Of a stretch of 64,000 nt of DNA, positions 9,122 to 18,554 are shown in pieces (within the stretch, counting starts at the first letter, position 1; the number at the start of each line of letters is the position of its first letter). Made by a program: the position numbers and the translations under genes. Origin of the DNA: an uncultured Cryobacterium sp. (lineage in GTDB: Bacteria > Actinomycetota > Actinomycetes > Actinomycetales > Microbacteriaceae). The stretch lies in assembly GCA_964651535.1 (NCBI GenBank), contig CAZYYE010000001.1, positions 273,547 through 337,546 of the forward strand. The letters are read 5' to 3'. The notes beneath the pieces were generated by a model that saw nothing but the letters and a program-made list of their open reading frames with translations, had not been told where the DNA came from and made no database searches.

Positions 9122-10039
9122 GTGTCCGAAACCCTCGCGTCCTACGCGCTTGTCGCCATCTACTCGGCCATGGCCGTCTACCTCCTGGCCTTCGTGTTCT
9201 TCACGCTCGACCTCGCCAAGCGCTCAGCGGAGAACCAGAAAGCGGCCGAAGTTCCGCGCGAAGCGGAGGGTGGTCTCGCTGCCGGCTCCGGCGCCCGCAG
9301 GATGGAGCGCATCGCGTTTTCGCTGACCGTGCTCGCCTGGGTGCTGCACGTGGCGGGGGCCGTGCTGCGGGGACTCGCGATCGGCCACGTGCCGTGGTCG
9401 AACATGTTCGAGTTCTCGCTCGTGTCCTCCGGCGTCATCGTGGGGGTGTTCCTGCTGCTCCAGTTCTGGCAGAACCTGAGGTTCCTCGGGACCTACATTT
9501 CCGGGGCCGCGCTCGTCGTGCTCGGCGTCGGCACCGTCAATTTTTACGTGCCGATCTCGCCCCTTCCGCCGGCGTTGCAGTCCTACTGGCTCGTCATCCA
9601 CGTGTTCGTCGCAACCCTCGGGACCGCGTTCTTCGCCGTGGGCGCCGGACTTTCCATCTTCCAGCTGCTCCAGTCGCGCCGCGAAGCGGACCGCCTGGCC
9701 CGCCTCAGCTTCCTCGGCACCATGCCGGCCGCGGAGAAGCTCGAGAACCTCGCATACCGCGTGATCGTTGTGGGGTTCGTGTTCTGGACGTTCACGCTCA
9801 TCGCGGGATCGATTTGGGCTGAGCGCGCGTGGGGCCGCTACTGGGGCTGGGACACGAAGGAAGTCTGGACGTTCATCATCTGGGTGCTGTTCGCCGGGTA
9901 CATCCATGCGCGGGCCACTCGCGGCTGGCGCGGCACGCGTTCGGCGTGGCTTGCGCTCATCGGGTTCGGTTCCGTCGTGTTTAATTACACCATCGTGAAT
10001 CTCTTCTTTAAGGGGCTCCACGCTTACTCCGGACTCTGA
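9122..10039 (+). CDS. ccsB: c-type cytochrome biogenesis protein CcsB/ResC
   Basis: 305-aa polytopic protein with the Trp-rich heme-handling motif WGRYWGWDTKEVW. Confidence 0.9.
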   Translation: MSETLASYALVAIYSAMAVYLLAFVFFTLDLAKRSAENQKAAEVPREAEGGLAAGSGARRMERIAFSLTVLAWVLHVAGAVLRGLAIGHVPWSNMFEFSLVSSGVIVGVFLLLQFWQNLRFLGTYISGAALVVLGVGTVNFYVPISPLPPALQSYWLVIHVFVATLGTAFFAVGAGLSIFQLLQSRREADRLARLSFLGTMPAAEKLENLAYRVIVVGFVFWTFTLIAGSIWAERAWGRYWGWDTKEVWTFIIWVLFAGYIHARATRGWRGTRSAWLALIGFGSVVFNYTIVNLFFKGLHAYSGL

Positions 10040-10040
10040 T

Positions 10041-10853
10041 TTGCAACAACCTTCGGCCATGCGACGATTCCTCGCGTGGCGATGGTGGCGCGGCTGGCGC
10101 GGCTGGCGCGGCTGGGTCGTGTTCGCCGTCGTCGCGATCGTCGCGTGCACGGCGGGCGGAATCGCGCTCGCCCGAGCGTTCTCGCCGCCCGCAGAGCCCT
10201 GGAGTCGGTTCCCCGGCGTTCCGCAGGTCTCGACGGATCAGATCCTGCGGAACGAGACCGTCGAGCAATTGTCGGCGCGCGTGGATGCCGCCATGGCCGA
10301 CATCCGCGCCGCCCTCGCCGACGAGTTCGGTTTCGATTGGGTCCGCAAGGGCGAGGACGACGTTGTTCGCGAATCGAACCGTTTCCGGGGGACCTCGCTG
10401 CTCAACACGTACGACAGCGCAACGTGGCAGACCACGCAAACCTTGAGATCCGAGGCGGACAAGAAGAACGCCATCGCGATCGTCACGAAAATCATGGCGG
10501 AACACGGGTTTGGCAATCCTGAACTCGAGAACATCCAGGGGCCGGAAGGCGTGCCGGAGTTCGGAGGATTCACGCTCGCCGATCAGGGCCGCTGGGTGCT
10601 GTCCGGTGCGCCGCCGCAGGTGAGCAGGGGGAGCCTGCAGTTCACGATCCTCGATCTCAGCCAGGACAGGACGGGTGTCCTGGCCGCCGAATCCGCCCAG
10701 GCAGTCGCCGCGTTCGGCTGGGAGCCGGAGTACATGTCGATCGCGTATCACGGCGACTTCATGCTGCGGGAGGCGGATCGGGCCGAGTTCGAACGCCGGG
10801 CCGAGATCTATCGCGGGCACATCCAGCCGGTGCCAGGTCGGAACACGGACTAG
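10041..10853 (+). CDS. Hypothetical membrane-anchored secreted protein
   Basis: 270-aa ORF with GC3-rich codons, an N-terminal WRG x3 tail and then one TM (VVFAVVAIVACTAGGIALA). I do not recognise the family. Confidence 0.5.
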   Translation: MQQPSAMRRFLAWRWWRGWRGWRGWVVFAVVAIVACTAGGIALARAFSPPAEPWSRFPGVPQVSTDQILRNETVEQLSARVDAAMADIRAALADEFGFDWVRKGEDDVVRESNRFRGTSLLNTYDSATWQTTQTLRSEADKKNAIAIVTKIMAEHGFGNPELENIQGPEGVPEFGGFTLADQGRWVLSGAPPQVSRGSLQFTILDLSQDRTGVLAAESAQAVAAFGWEPEYMSIAYHGDFMLREADRAEFERRAEIYRGHIQPVPGRNTD

Positions 10854-11827
10854 TCGAGCAGCCGGCGGCAGCGTTCGAGGCGTTCGAGCCACCACGCGGT
10901 GCGATCCGGCGCCGCCGCGTGATGCTCCAGAAGCTCGTCGCTTACCTCAACTCTGCGCACCGGGATAGCGCCGTCCACGGGGAGCAGCGGCTGATCGCTC
11001 ACGTCCCCCGAGAGCAGGGCCGCGGTGCCGAGGCCGCAGTCGTAGTCGAGTTCGGGAATCGCGGCAGCGAGCCAGGCGCCCATCGAAAGCCCGACGGAGG
11101 TGTCGAGCGCGCTCGAGACGACCACGGGAAGGCCGGCGTCCGCCACTATGCGCAGGGCCGCCGTGATCCCGCCGAGCGGCTGCGCTTTCACGACGAGAAT
11201 GTCCGCGGCACCGGCTCTCGCGACCGCGAGCGGGTCGAAGGCCTTGCGCACACTCTCGTCCGCCGCGATCAGAACTGCCAGGTCCGCGATTCTCGCTCTC
11301 AGGTTCGCCAGTTCCGGCACGCTCGCGCACGGCTGCTCCACATACTCGAGATCGAATTCGACGAGGGCGCGAATCGCGCGCTCGGCTTCATCGAGCCCCC
11401 ATCCGCCGTTCGCGTCGAGGCGGATGCGGCCGCCCGCACCGAGCCGGCTTCGCACTGCCGCGACCCGGTCGAGGTCATCGTCCAGCGTCTGCCCCCGCTC
11501 GGCGACTTTCACTTTGACCGTTCGGCATCCCGGGAACCGGTCGAGAACTTCGGCGACCGCCGCGGAGTCCACCGCCGGAAGCGTCGCGTTCACGCGCACG
11601 GAGTCGCGCAGAGGCTCGGGCTGCCGGTTCCACCCGAAGTCGATTGCGGCGGCGAGCCAGGACGCCGACTCGGCGTCGTCGTACTCGACGAAGGGCGAAA
11701 ATTCGGTCCAGCCCTCCGGCCCTTCCAGAAGCATCGCTTCGCGCACGTCGATTCCGCGAAACCGCTGCGCGAGAGGAAGCGACACGACGCGTGCCGCCCC
11801 GAGCAATTCGGAGGCGTTGGGATACAC
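10850..11827 (-). CDS. menC: o-Succinylbenzoate synthase
   Basis: Enolase-superfamily motifs (KVKV, DANGGW, EQP, ADES) and a MenC-like N terminus. I prefer the GTG start at 11827; the track start at 11908 adds an implausible leader. Confidence 0.85.
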   Translation of the reverse strand: MYPNASELLGAARVVSLPLAQRFRGIDVREAMLLEGPEGWTEFSPFVEYDDAESASWLAAAIDFGWNRQPEPLRDSVRVNATLPAVDSAAVAEVLDRFPGCRTVKVKVAERGQTLDDDLDRVAAVRSRLGAGGRIRLDANGGWGLDEAERAIRALVEFDLEYVEQPCASVPELANLRARIADLAVLIAADESVRKAFDPLAVARAGAADILVVKAQPLGGITAALRIVADAGLPVVVSSALDTSVGLSMGAWLAAAIPELDYDCGLGTAALLSGDVSDQPLLPVDGAIPVRRVEVSDELLEHHAAAPDRTAWWLERLERCRRLLD

Positions 11828-11908
11828 CCGTCCAGTCTGCCTCGTTCCCGAGCGCAATTTCCTGAAAGGATGGAGGCGAAGCGCCACCACGAGGCAAAGG
11901 AACCACAC

Positions 11909-12253
11909 GTGCTCGACGATTACGTTGCCGGGGAAACCCGCGAGGAGACGCCAGGAGACTCTGCACCTAGCGCCAAGCGCCCTCTGCCGTGGGGGTTGAT
12001 CGCGTTCGCGATCGCCGTGATCCTCGTGATCGCGGAGGCGATAGCGATCAATCTCGCGACGAGCGGGCAGCCGCTCGCCGCGACGGCCATCGGGCAGACC
12101 CTCGTGGTCCTCACCGCCGTGCCGCTCGCCCTCGGATTGTTCGTCGCCCTGCGCGGCCCCAGGCGCGAGTGGGGCATTGCGGCCATGGTCGTCGCGGTCA
12201 TTGCGAACCCGCTCATCCTGCTCAACGTGCTCTCCTTCTTCGGAACACTCTGA
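11909..12253 (+). CDS. Small hypothetical membrane protein (3 hydrophobic helices)
   Basis: This is the last 114 codons of track ORF 10919..12253; the rest of that ORF is antisense to menC. GTG start at 11909, and its stop overlaps the menB ATG (TGATG). Confidence 0.5.
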   Translation: MLDDYVAGETREETPGDSAPSAKRPLPWGLIAFAIAVILVIAEAIAINLATSGQPLAATAIGQTLVVLTAVPLALGLFVALRGPRREWGIAAMVVAVIANPLILLNVLSFFGTL

Positions 12254-13164
12254 TGGCCGCGGTTTCGGAGCTTTTCGACGCTGCGCTGTGGAAGCCCGTC
12301 GACGGATTCGGCGAACTCGAGGACATCACGTACCACCACGACGCGGCGGGCCGGATGGCGCGGGTCGCGTTCAACCGACCCGAAGTGCGCAATGCGTTCC
12401 GTCCGGGCACCGTGGACGAACTGTACCGGGCGCTGGATGATGCGCGGCAGAATCCGCGCATCGGCGTCGTCCTGCTCACCGGCAACGGGCCGAGCGCGAA
12501 AGATGGCGGCTGGGCGTTCTGTTCGGGTGGCGACCAGCGCGTGCGCGGGCGCAGCGGGTACGAGTACTCGGGGGACTCGGGCACGCGCGGGCATCCGGAT
12601 GCCGGTAGGGCCGGCCGGCTCCACATCCTCGAAGTGCAGCGGCTCATCCGTTTCATGCCGAAGGTGGTCATCGCAGTGGTCCCGGGCTGGGCGGCCGGCG
12701 GTGGGCACTCTCTGCATGTCGTGTGCGACCTCACGATCGCGAGCGCGGAGCACGCCCGCTTCAAGCAGACGGATGCGGATGTCGGCTCGTTCGATGCCGG
12801 TTACGGCAGCGCGTATTTCGCACGTCAGGTGGGGCAGAAGTTCGCGCGCGAAGTGTTCTTCCTCGGGCAGGAATACTCTGCGCAGCGGGCGCTCGAGGCC
12901 GGGGCCATCAATGCCGCCGTACCGCATGCCGAACTGGAGCGCACGGCCTGGGCGTGGGGGCAGGAGATCCTGAGGAAATCGCCCACGTCCATCCGCATGC
13001 TCAAGTTCGCGTTCAACGCGGTCGACGACGGTCTTGTGGGGCAGCAGGTCTTTGCAGGGGAAGCGACGCGCCTCGCGTACGGCGCCGACGAAGCCGTCGA
13101 GGGCAGGGATGCGTTCCTTGAGAAGCGCGAACCGGATTGGTCGCCGTTCCCCTGGCAGTTCTGA
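12253..13164 (+). CDS. menB: 1,4-Dihydroxy-2-naphthoyl-CoA synthase
   Basis: Crotonase fold with the MenB-specific GNGPSAKDGGWAFCSGGDQ segment. Start at ATG 12253 (MAAVSELF). Confidence 0.9.
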   Translation: MAAVSELFDAALWKPVDGFGELEDITYHHDAAGRMARVAFNRPEVRNAFRPGTVDELYRALDDARQNPRIGVVLLTGNGPSAKDGGWAFCSGGDQRVRGRSGYEYSGDSGTRGHPDAGRAGRLHILEVQRLIRFMPKVVIAVVPGWAAGGGHSLHVVCDLTIASAEHARFKQTDADVGSFDAGYGSAYFARQVGQKFAREVFFLGQEYSAQRALEAGAINAAVPHAELERTAWAWGQEILRKSPTSIRMLKFAFNAVDDGLVGQQVFAGEATRLAYGADEAVEGRDAFLEKREPDWSPFPWQF

Positions 13165-13197
13165 TGTTCAGCACGCCGAAATGACCAGCCCACTCCC

Positions 13198-14298
13198 ATG
13201 ACCAGGCCGCTTCGGGTCGTGCCCGACGATGTGCGCACGGTGCTGCCGGCGCTGCGGGATGCGCTCGCCGGCGGCGACGCCATCCTCCCTTTGGACAGCG
13301 CTGCGGAGCGTCGAACTGTCCCCACCCACGTGGAACGGTCGGTGGCGCTCGTCGTGCAAACGAGCGGCTCCACCGGGGTGTCGAAGCGGGTCGCGCTGAG
13401 CGCCGGGGCGCTCCTCGCGAGCGCCGCGGCGGCCGAACAGGCTCTCGGGTCGCGGGGGCAGTGGCTCCTGGCCCTGCCCGCGCACTACATCGCGGGGATC
13501 AACGTGCTCGTTCGCTCGATCACGTCCGACACCGAACCGGTGGTCCTGAACTCCGCACACTTCGAACCATCCTCATTCGTCGCGGCCGCGGCCTCGCTCG
13601 ACAATCCCGTTCGGTACACCTCGCTCGTGCCAGCCCAGCTCGCCCGCCTCCTGGAGTCCCTCCCCGCGATCGAGGCGTTGAGGCGATTCGACCGAGTTCT
13701 GGTGGGCGGTCAGTCCACGCCGGCCGCGCTACTCGCGCAGGCGCTCGAGCTCGGGCTCAACGTGACGCGCACATACGGTTCGAGCGAGACGAGCGGCGGC
13801 TGCGTGTACGACGGCGTTCCGATCGGGGACACGCGGATGCGAGTGGTCGACGGCGAGATCGAGCTCGGCGGACCAACGCTCGCGGAGGGCTATCTCGGCG
13901 ACGACGAACGAACGGCGCTCGCGTTCCATGCGGATGATGCCGGCCGCTGGTACCGCACGTCGGACTCCGGGCTGATCACCGACGGGATTCTGCGGGTGAC
14001 GGGCCGCCTAGACGACGTGATCGTGTCCGGAGGTCTCAAGGTTTCGCTGACCGCGGTTGAGAAAGTCGTGACCTCTCTGCCGGGCCTTGAGGGTGCTGTG
14101 GTAGTCGGGCGAGCCGACGACACCTGGGGAGAAGTGCCCATCGTGTTCTCGACAACCTCCGTGGACCTCGAACTCGTGCGCAACGCAGTCGGTTCGGCGC
14201 TCGGCGCAGCGGCGCGGCCGGCGGAGGTCGTCGTCGTGGACTCCATTCCGGTCCTTTCGAGCGGCAAGCCGGATCGGGTCGCGTTGCGGCGTCGATAG
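13198..14298 (+). CDS. menE: o-Succinylbenzoate--CoA ligase
   Basis: AMP-binding motifs TSGSTGVSKRV and TYGSSETSGG. Position in the men cluster supports the call. Confidence 0.85.
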   Translation: MTRPLRVVPDDVRTVLPALRDALAGGDAILPLDSAAERRTVPTHVERSVALVVQTSGSTGVSKRVALSAGALLASAAAAEQALGSRGQWLLALPAHYIAGINVLVRSITSDTEPVVLNSAHFEPSSFVAAAASLDNPVRYTSLVPAQLARLLESLPAIEALRRFDRVLVGGQSTPAALLAQALELGLNVTRTYGSSETSGGCVYDGVPIGDTRMRVVDGEIELGGPTLAEGYLGDDERTALAFHADDAGRWYRTSDSGLITDGILRVTGRLDDVIVSGGLKVSLTAVEKVVTSLPGLEGAVVVGRADDTWGEVPIVFSTTSVDLELVRNAVGSALGAAARPAEVVVVDSIPVLSSGKPDRVALRRR

Positions 14299-14307
14299 GA
14301 TTCTGTC

Positions 14308-15387
14308 GTGGCCAAGAACAGCAGACCCAAACAGCAGCGCGTCGACCCGGCGAAGACTCCCGTGAAGGGTGCGGTTCGCGAACCGGTGAAGCAGTCTGCG
14401 AAGCAGAAGGTCGCGGAGACTCCCACGTACGAGAAGAAGGCGCCGGCCAAACGCAAGAAGCGCAAGGGCGGTCGCCCCGGGGGCCGCTCGCCCATTCCCG
14501 TGACGCCGCGCGCGACGGCGAAAGACTGGATCGCCGGAGCGCGGGTTCGCACGCTCTCGCTGGCCATTTCCCCTGTGGCCCTCGGCACTGCCGCCGCCTA
14601 TGCGGCATCTGGATTTCAGGACTGGCACTGGGTGCGGGCGCTGCTGTGCCTCGCGGTGGCCCTCGGGCTTCAGATCGGGGTGAACTTCGCGAACGATTAT
14701 TCGGACGGGATCCGCGGCACGGACAACCATCGGATCGGCCCGTCGCGGCTCACCGGGTCCGGTGCCGCGAAGCCGCGCACTGTGCTCGCGGTCGCCCTGT
14801 TCTTCTTCGCGGTTGCCGCGGTTGCCGGTGTTGCCGTCGTCGTGCTCAGCGAGCAGTACTGGTTGCTCGCGGTCGGTGCGGCGTGCGTGCTCGCCGCGTG
14901 GTTCTACACGGGCGGAAAGCATCCGTACGGCTACTACGGTTTCGGCGAACTGTTCGTGTTCGTGTTCTTCGGCGTCGTGGCGACGGCGGGGACGACCTAC
15001 GTCCAGGTCGGAACGGTCAATCTGGAGAGCTGGCTCGGCGGAGTCGCGGCGGGGTTCCTGGCCTGCGCCGTTCTACTGGCGAACAACCTGCGGGATCTGC
15101 CGCAGGACAAAGTCGCCGGCAAGCGCACGTTGTCCGTTCTCATCGGGGATCGGCCGTCGCGAATCCTGTTCGCGATCTTCACTCTCGTGCCGTTCGCGAT
15201 TCTGTATTTCTACGTGCTGTTCTACCTGAACGCGTACTTCGTCTACTTCACGCTCCTGCTGGCGGTGCCCGCGGTCGTCATCGCCCTGACGGCGAAGACC
15301 TCCCGCGAGTTCCTGCTCGTATTGAAGCTGTCAAGCCTGACCGCGCTCGTGTACGGCGTGTGGCTCGCGATCACGATCGCGTTCTAG
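14308..15387 (+). CDS. menA: 1,4-Dihydroxy-2-naphthoate polyprenyltransferase with Lys-rich N-terminal extension
   Basis: UbiA-family core (NFANDYSDGIRG, many TMs). The first ~65 codons encode a K/P/A-rich tail with coding-like GC3. A shorter start at GTG ~14500 is possible. Confidence 0.85.
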   Translation: MAKNSRPKQQRVDPAKTPVKGAVREPVKQSAKQKVAETPTYEKKAPAKRKKRKGGRPGGRSPIPVTPRATAKDWIAGARVRTLSLAISPVALGTAAAYAASGFQDWHWVRALLCLAVALGLQIGVNFANDYSDGIRGTDNHRIGPSRLTGSGAAKPRTVLAVALFFFAVAAVAGVAVVVLSEQYWLLAVGAACVLAAWFYTGGKHPYGYYGFGELFVFVFFGVVATAGTTYVQVGTVNLESWLGGVAAGFLACAVLLANNLRDLPQDKVAGKRTLSVLIGDRPSRILFAIFTLVPFAILYFYVLFYLNAYFVYFTLLLAVPAVVIALTAKTSREFLLVLKLSSLTALVYGVWLAITIAF

Positions 15388-15389
15388 GC

Positions 15390-15656
15390 TCAGTCTCCCG
15401 CGTGGCGGTCCAACGCCGCGTTCTCGACGTCGTTATCGGTGTCGGTTTTCGAGTGCGACCGCCAGGCGGCCACGGCTTCGGCGACATCGTTGCGCTGACG
15501 GTCCAGGAAGATGTAGGAGATGCACGCGGCGATCACGGCGGCGGCGATCGCGGATACCCACCACCAGATGTTCAGGAGCATGAGCACGATGAAGGGGATC
15601 GCGAACAGGGCGACTCGCAGTATCGAGTAGAGGACGATCCGGCGTGTTGAACTCAC
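15390..15656 (-). CDS. DUF4229 domain-containing membrane protein
   Basis: 88 aa with two adjacent TMs and an acidic tail. The pattern and the menA neighbourhood match DUF4229 as I remember it. Confidence 0.7.
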   Translation of the reverse strand: MSSTRRIVLYSILRVALFAIPFIVLMLLNIWWWVSAIAAAVIAACISYIFLDRQRNDVAEAVAAWRSHSKTDTDNDVENAALDRHAGD

Positions 15657-15740
15657 GGTTCCAGTCTAGGTCGGCGCGGTGGGGAGGGTTCGCCCGGCCC
15701 CGTTTCGTTGGCGGCGGGCGGTTGAGGATAGGTTGGCCAC

Positions 15741-16604
15741 ATGGAGCAGTCGGATCTTGCGGGGTCAGCTGAATCAACCTCTGTCGCCGCCATGGCAAAC
15801 GCGCATCCTGCCGCAGACCGGGGGCGTTGGGCCGGCGCGTTTTTAGGCAGCGCAGCCGTTCTGGGTTCCGGCTCGTACTTGTGGAGCGGTTACGAACTGC
15901 TGGGCAGTGCAGGGGTTGGAGTGGCGATTCAGGTGCTTGCCCTGATTTTTGCCGCGCTCGGGATTCTTTCCGGCATCGCAGCGCTCATGGCTTTCAGGGG
16001 GCGCGCTTGCGCGTCAACTGCTGTGGGGGATGTCCGAATCACTGCCGGGGAAAGCGCTGCAGGGAACGGTGTTGCTGGGAAAAGCGCTGCCCGGAAAGGA
16101 GCATTCCGTTCTCGGCAACTGTCCGGCCCCGAGCGCCTCGGGCTGGCTGTCCCTTTCGCTGCACTCGTTCTCGCGACGGTGGGTGTGGGGGTTCTGCACA
16201 TCACGGTGTGGAATCCGATGGCGAGGGTTCCCGGACTCACACTGGATGAAATTTACGGAAGGATGGCGGCAGCCAACGAGTCGCCGCTTGTGGCCTCCAT
16301 CGTGGCGTGGGCGGTCGTGTGGGGCGGTGCATCGTTGACATTCCTGGTTCTCGCCGGAACCCCGCGCTACAGTCCGCTTTCTTCGGCTCGGCGCATTATC
16401 GTGACCGGGCTGCTCCTCCACTGGGCGACAGCCACGCTTTTTTGGTTTGCAGGATTCAACATGGGCATGTCGCTCGCGGACACGTTCATGACGAGCGGTG
16501 GCGACGCCGCGGCCAGCGGCCCGATCATCGCGATCGTCGGCCAGTTTGCGCTCGTTGCCGCGCTTCTCGTCGGGCTTGCGCCGCCGGCACGCCGGAAGCG
16601 ATGA
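15741..16604 (+). CDS. Hypothetical polytopic membrane protein
   Basis: 287 aa with several hydrophobic helices. I do not recognise the family. Confidence 0.55.
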   Translation: MEQSDLAGSAESTSVAAMANAHPAADRGRWAGAFLGSAAVLGSGSYLWSGYELLGSAGVGVAIQVLALIFAALGILSGIAALMAFRGRACASTAVGDVRITAGESAAGNGVAGKSAARKGAFRSRQLSGPERLGLAVPFAALVLATVGVGVLHITVWNPMARVPGLTLDEIYGRMAAANESPLVASIVAWAVVWGGASLTFLVLAGTPRYSPLSSARRIIVTGLLLHWATATLFWFAGFNMGMSLADTFMTSGGDAAASGPIIAIVGQFALVAALLVGLAPPARRKR

Positions 16605-16650
16605 GGTCGGGCGGATCGTTCAGGCGGGCGTGAAAAGCCAACCAAAATGC

Positions 16651-16666
16651 TCGAACATATGTTCGA
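16651..16666. promoter_or_regulatory. LexA (SOS) box TCGAACATATGTTCGA
   Basis: Perfect match to the actinobacterial/mycobacterial SOS-box consensus TCGAAC-N4-GTTCGA. It lies 31-46 nt upstream of the HNH gene ATG, with an extended -10 (TGGTAAACT, 16683-16691) between them. Confidence 0.65.
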
Positions 16667-16696
16667 TACTCGGGTCAAATTGTGGTAAACTGAGCT

Positions 16697-18121
16697 ATGC
16701 GAAACCTCGCCCCTGAACTCGACTCGATCGTCGAACAACTCGGTCGGCTGGGCGCGCCAGACGAGGTTTCCGGCCTGGCCGATGACGAGCTGTTGATGTC
16801 CACGGGGGCGCTGGAGCGGTTGGCTCGATGGGTTGGTGCACTGCAGGTTGCGGTGGCTGCCGAGGTGGATCACCGTTCGCGCCATGAACTCGGCACTGAT
16901 GGTTTGGCGGCGACGAAGGGGTGTCGTACGTCGACGGAACTGCTTGAGCGGATCACGCTCGCTTCCAGCGAAACGTTATCGAAGCGGCTGAAGGTCGGGC
17001 GCAATACACGTACTCGGTGTTCGCTCGTGGGGGAGCAGATGCCCGCGTCGTTTCCCCATGTGGCGGAGGCGCTCGCATCGGGCAGCCTCGGACTCGACAG
17101 TGCCTACCTCATCGTTCGAGGGCTCGCCTCGGTTGCGCCCGTGGTGGATGCGCTCTCCATTGAGACCGCGGAGTTTGAACTCGTCGCCGCGGCCACCTGC
17201 ACTGCACCCGAATCGCCGTACCCCTGCACCGCCGATGACACGAAGATTCACACCGAGGTGTGGAAGGCGCGGCTGGACCAGGATGGCCGCCTCCCCATCG
17301 AGGAGCGTGCCCTGCGGATGCGCTCGTTCACGATCGGGAGGGAGCAGAACGGGCTCGTGCCGGTTCGTGGTGCGCTCATCCCGGATGTCGCCGCGAAGTT
17401 CACCGCCCTCGTGAATGCATACACGTCGCCGCGCACGGCGCCCGCGTTTCTCGACGCGGAAGAACTGGCTGCACACGATCTGGAACGGGACCCGCGCACG
17501 CGGGAACAGCAGTGCCATGACATTTTCGCGGGCATTGTCGACACAGCCGCACGCAGCGCCCAAACACCCTCGATGGGTGGCGCGGCACCGGCCGTCATGG
17601 TCAGTGTTCGGCTGTCCGACCTTGACGCCGGCATCGACAACAACAGGGGAGTCGGGCACATCGACGGGCTGGATACCCCGGTTTCCATGCGGGTGGTCAA
17701 GCAGTACACCTGCAATGGCGGTATCCAACGGGTCGTGTTCGACGACTACGGCCGCATCATCAACATGGGTTCGACCGAACGCTGCTTCACCCCTCAACAG
17801 CGTCGAGCGATCGCCCTGCGGGATGGGGAATGCAGCGTCCCCGGCTGCCACATCCCCGCCGCGTGGAGCGAAATTCATCACGTCGACCCGGCCGAAAATG
17901 GTGGCCCAACTCATACAGACAATGGCATTTTGCTGTGCTGGTTCCATCACCGAACCCTCGACACATCCGGTTGGCAGTTCCGGATGATCAACGGTGCACC
18001 CCACGTGAAGGCACCACCGTGGCTCGACACCACCCAAAAATGGCGACCAACCACCGGATCCCGCATCCGACAAATGGATGCCGTCGACAAAGTCCCCATT
18101 CTGGTCGGCGACCGGCAGTAA
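16697..18121 (+). CDS. DUF222 / HNH endonuclease domain protein (REP13E12-like)
   Basis: 474 aa with a C-terminal HNH motif, CSVPGCHIPAAWSEIHHVDPAENGGPTHTDNGILLCWFHH. The N-terminal region resembles DUF222. Confidence 0.85.
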   Translation: MRNLAPELDSIVEQLGRLGAPDEVSGLADDELLMSTGALERLARWVGALQVAVAAEVDHRSRHELGTDGLAATKGCRTSTELLERITLASSETLSKRLKVGRNTRTRCSLVGEQMPASFPHVAEALASGSLGLDSAYLIVRGLASVAPVVDALSIETAEFELVAAATCTAPESPYPCTADDTKIHTEVWKARLDQDGRLPIEERALRMRSFTIGREQNGLVPVRGALIPDVAAKFTALVNAYTSPRTAPAFLDAEELAAHDLERDPRTREQQCHDIFAGIVDTAARSAQTPSMGGAAPAVMVSVRLSDLDAGIDNNRGVGHIDGLDTPVSMRVVKQYTCNGGIQRVVFDDYGRIINMGSTERCFTPQQRRAIALRDGECSVPGCHIPAAWSEIHHVDPAENGGPTHTDNGILLCWFHHRTLDTSGWQFRMINGAPHVKAPPWLDTTQKWRPTTGSRIRQMDAVDKVPILVGDRQ

Positions 18122-18215
18122 CCAACCGCAAACACGTCGGCGATCGGGCCCGGCAACGAACGTTGCGCCCGGGCGCTCCCCGGCAGTTCTCGGCCTGCTG
18201 GCCTAGAATCAGCAC

Positions 18216-18554
18216 ATGCGAGCCTTTCTGACACTAGCCGTTGGTGCACTCGCCGTCGGATTCTGGGTTTATGCCGTCGTCGACTGCTCACTGACCGACG
18301 CCCGCCGTGCTCGAGGGGTTCCCAAGGGTGTTTGGATCGTCGTGATCCTCGTGCTCAACGTCATTGGCGGCGCGCTCTGGTTCATCGTCGGCAAGGATCG
18401 CAGCCAGGGTAAAGGGCGAAGCCGGATCGGCACAGCCCCGGACGATGACCCGTCATTCCTGCGCCGGATCGCCACCGACGCCGAGCAGGAGGAACGCATC
18501 CGCCAGCTCGAGAAGGAAATAGCCGACCTCGACGACGACTCCAAACACACATGA
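18216..18554 (+). CDS. PLD nuclease N-terminal (PLDc_N) domain membrane protein
   Basis: Two TMs with VWIVVILVLNVIGGALWFIVGKDR, typical of the PLDc_N / cardiolipin synthase N-terminal domain, followed by a charged tail. Confidence 0.75.
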   Translation: MRAFLTLAVGALAVGFWVYAVVDCSLTDARRARGVPKGVWIVVILVLNVIGGALWFIVGKDRSQGKGRSRIGTAPDDDPSFLRRIATDAEQEERIRQLEKEIADLDDDSKHT

